From Clostridia bacterium (GTDB lineage Bacteria; Bacillota; Clostridia; TANB77; CAG-508), in assembly GCA_045643205.1 (NCBI GenBank), contig JAZUKI010000003.1:160001-224000 (forward strand): a DNA stretch of 64,000 nt, in the 5' to 3' direction. Below, piece by piece: positions 61,247-64,000 of this stretch. The notes under the pieces were generated by a model. The model saw only the letters and a list, made by a program, of their open reading frames with translations, did not search any database and was not told where the DNA came from. A program made the translations under genes and the position numbers. Position 1 is the stretch's first letter; each line of letters opens with the position of its first letter.

Positions 61247-62449
61247 ATGGATAATATTCAACTATTAAACTTAATTTTAATCATTGTTATTGTCGTTTTA
61301 GTAGCACTAGGAGCAATAGCATTACTATTAATTTATAGAATGAAAAATAAAGAAAATGCTGAGAAAAAAGAACAAGAAGAACAAATATCAGCAAAAGATG
61401 GTGGTTCTAAAAAAATTCCTCCTACAGCAATGACAAGAAATGGAATAGGAATAAAATCTATTTATGATTTCATGGAATTTGATGAAGTTAAAGATGGAAT
61501 GATTGTTAGAAAAAATCATAAACAATACGTAATGGTAATTGATTGCAGAGGTATCAACTATGATTTACTTTCTGAAGTTGAAAAAGAAGGTGTTGAAGCA
61601 GCTTTCATTGAGATGCTTAACACATTAAGATTCCCAGTTCAATTATATGTTCAAACAAGAACATTAAATTTAAATAATATTTTAAATGAATATAAAAAGA
61701 AAACTGATGATTTATCAAATCAAATTACTAGATTAATTTCACAAGCAAGACAAGCAAGAGATCAAGGTAATGCGAAAGTTTATGACAGAATAACTTTTGA
61801 AATAAAGAGAAAACAAAATATTCTTGAATATGGTGAATCACTTGAAGATTACACAGCAAGAATTAATGAAAATAAAAATATTCTTCAACAAAAAACATAT
61901 TTAATTATTTCATATTATCCTTCTGAACAAGGTGATATTAGTAAATATTCAGCAGAAGAATTAGTGGATATTGCTTTTAATGAATTATATACAAGAGCTC
62001 AAACATTAATTGGAGCTTTATCATCAGCTGATGTTGTTGGAAAAGTTATGAGTTCTGAAGAGCTAGCTGAATTATTGTATGTTGCATATAACAGAGATGC
62101 TGCAGAAAGTTTCACATTAAGAGATGCAATCAATTCAGATTATACAAGATTATATTCTACAGCAAGAGATGTTTTAAAAGAGAAGAAGAAGAGAATAGAA
62201 GCTCAAGTTGAACAAGCTGCTGCACAACTTGCATCACAAAGTTTAATTAAAGCAGATAATGATATTAGAACTGAAAGAGCAAATAGAGTAAAACAAATTA
62301 AAGAAAAAGCAAAAGAAATGGTAGATGAATATAGAGATGATATTAGTAAGCCATTATATGAAAGAACACAAAAGGCAATAGATGATTCAGACGCAGAGAA
62401 AATTTTAAGAGAAACAGAAGAGATAGCTGAATCTCAAGGAAATAACTAA
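61247..62449 (+). CDS. Membrane-anchored T4SS-associated protein resembling a VirB4/TraC N-terminal region
   Basis: TM; INYDLLS..E.......F...LN.L.FP.Q...QTR..N motif. Confidence 0.6.
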   Translation: MDNIQLLNLILIIVIVVLVALGAIALLLIYRMKNKENAEKKEQEEQISAKDGGSKKIPPTAMTRNGIGIKSIYDFMEFDEVKDGMIVRKNHKQYVMVIDCRGINYDLLSEVEKEGVEAAFIEMLNTLRFPVQLYVQTRTLNLNNILNEYKKKTDDLSNQITRLISQARQARDQGNAKVYDRITFEIKRKQNILEYGESLEDYTARINENKNILQQKTYLIISYYPSEQGDISKYSAEELVDIAFNELYTRAQTLIGALSSADVVGKVMSSEELAELLYVAYNRDAAESFTLRDAINSDYTRLYSTARDVLKEKKKRIEAQVEQAAAQLASQSLIKADNDIRTERANRVKQIKEKAKEMVDEYRDDISKPLYERTQKAIDDSDAEKILRETEEIAESQGNN

Positions 62450-62467
62450 AGAGGAGGAATTAAGTAG

Positions 62468-64000
62468 ATGAAAAATAATAGCGTAACAAAAAACTCAGCA
62501 ACAACACAAATAAAAGCAAATACAGAAACTAACAAAATTAAAAGTAATCAAAAAGATTTAAAAGACTTAATTGCACCTTCAGGAATTGATGCCACAAGTA
62601 CAAATCACATAGAAATTTTTGCAAACACAAATAAGTATGCAAGAACAATGATGATTTCTACTTTACCAAGAATGTGTACATTCCCTCTTTTATTAAGATC
62701 AATGTATGACTTTGGTGATATCAATGTTTCAGTTTTTATTAATCCAGTAAGTGAATCAAAATCACAAAATGATTTAAATAAAACTATCAATGAACTTGAA
62801 TCTGAAAGAATTGTTGCAGCTGATAGAGGAAATATTAACAGAGAAAGTTTGTTAGCACAAAAGAGAGCAGAAGCAGAAGAATTAAGAGATGCTATTGCTA
62901 GTGGTCTTGATAAATTATTTGAAGCATCTGTTATGTGTACAATTTTTGCATATAACATGGATGAACTAGACAGACAATCAGAATTACTTTCTTCAGAAAT
63001 GGCAAAAACATTAACAGGAGTAAAAACAGCATGGGCATTACAAGAAGATGCATTTAAATCTAATTTACCATTCAATGAAGATAAGATTGGTAAAAAACAT
63101 TTATTTGATCGTAAATCTATGGGAACTGTTTTCCCATTCATTAATGCAGATGTAGGACATGAAAATGGTATTCCTTTAGGATTTAATAGACAAACAGGAT
63201 TACCAATTTTATATGATAACTTTAGTCCAACATTAAGTAATTATAACATGGTTGTATTCGGTAAGTCTGGTGCTGGTAAAGGTGTTACTATTAAAACATT
63301 AATTGCAAGAAGTGCAGTTTTAATGGGAATTGAAACATTAGCACTTGATGCTGAAGGCGAATATGGGGTTGTTGCTGATGCATTAGGAGGATTAAATGTT
63401 CAAATTTCACCATCTTCAAATACAATTATTAATCCATTTGATGTTGAACCAGAAATAACAAAGGATGAAATTACAGGTAGAGAATCTGCAACATTAAATG
63501 TTGAAAATAAAATCGAGGATGTTACTCAAGTATTGTTAACAATGGCTAGAGGATCAACAAGAACTGCAGATGTTAATGAAGTTACAAAACAAATTATTGC
63601 TGAAGCAGCAGCTGAAGAATATGCTTCATTAGGTATTACAAATGATGTAAATAGTTTGTACACTAACAATAAAACAAGAGAAGGAGCAGTAAATACAAAT
63701 TTAGGAAGAAAGAGAAAACCAATGCCTACAATTGGCTCTTGGTACAGAAGAATTCTTCTTAATGCAAATCAAAATCAAAACCCTGATTATAGAATTCATT
63801 ACAGTTACTTAACAAAAGTTATGAGACAGTATGTTAAGGAATATAATGGACAAATGGCATATTTTGATGGTCAATCAACTTTTGATTTATTAGAAGGAAC
63901 AACATTTATTAACTTAGATATTTCTCAACTAGAAGAAAGATTTGCAAGACCACTTGCACAACAAATTTTACTTTCTTGGATTTGGGAAAAATATGTTAAG
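62468..64000 (+). CDS. virB4: VirB4-family ATPase (3' partial; absent from the ORF track)
   Basis: GAGGAGG RBS; DLIAPSG, FPF, NYNMVVFGKSGAGKG Walker A, D.EGEY, INPFD; open to the window end. Confidence 0.88.
   Translation, partial: MKNNSVTKNSATTQIKANTETNKIKSNQKDLKDLIAPSGIDATSTNHIEIFANTNKYARTMMISTLPRMCTFPLLLRSMYDFGDINVSVFINPVSESKSQNDLNKTINELESERIVAADRGNINRESLLAQKRAEAEELRDAIASGLDKLFEASVMCTIFAYNMDELDRQSELLSSEMAKTLTGVKTAWALQEDAFKSNLPFNEDKIGKKHLFDRKSMGTVFPFINADVGHENGIPLGFNRQTGLPILYDNFSPTLSNYNMVVFGKSGAGKGVTIKTLIARSAVLMGIETLALDAEGEYGVVADALGGLNVQISPSSNTIINPFDVEPEITKDEITGRESATLNVENKIEDVTQVLLTMARGSTRTADVNEVTKQIIAEAAAEEYASLGITNDVNSLYTNNKTREGAVNTNLGRKRKPMPTIGSWYRRILLNANQNQNPDYRIHYSYLTKVMRQYVKEYNGQMAYFDGQSTFDLLEGTTFINLDISQLEERFARPLAQQILLSWIWEKYVK

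Noticed and set aside
62605-63141. Minus-strand 178-aa ORF
   Set aside because: Antisense shadow of virB4, which is open on the + strand from 62468

Overview
AT-rich chromosomal segment of a low-GC Clostridia-like bacterium; an uncultured gut lineage such as TANB77/CAG-508 is plausible but is inference only. From left to right: (1) cell-envelope genes (GldG-like, CvpA, LCP, D-Ala-D-Ala carboxypeptidase, ComEA), a histone H1-like protein, a MarR-regulated heterodimeric ABC exporter, an SPFH/Zn-ribbon pair, an O-antigen-ligase-like protein and an amidohydrolase. (2) An integrase-less defence island of about 10.8 kb carrying an HTH gene, type I R-M hsdM-S-R, a broken GIY-YIG/DUF4357 gene, a toxSAS-Panacea toxin-antitoxin pair and tnpV, ending at a tRNA-Met fragment. 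(3) An unusual RelA/SpoT-like protein with a large insertion. (4) OLE RNA with oapA, followed by a second, unrecognised structured-RNA candidate with its own promoter and terminator and an exposed anti-RBS/anti-start sequence. (5) A Fur-family regulator with znuACB-type genes. (6) An accessory block with a CTP-synthase-amidoligase/HAM1 fusion and a guanylate-kinase-like gene next to tRNA-fMet. (7) topB, an M23 peptidase, rpsU and two M16 peptidases. (8) The start of a type IV secretion-like locus (three VirB2-like pilins, PrgI-like, VirB4) running off the right edge. The best novelty candidates are the CTPS-HAM1 plus kinase module, the anti-RBS ncRNA, and the chromosomal T4SS with putative dispersed effectors. 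All family calls come from motif recognition by eye; no database searches were run.
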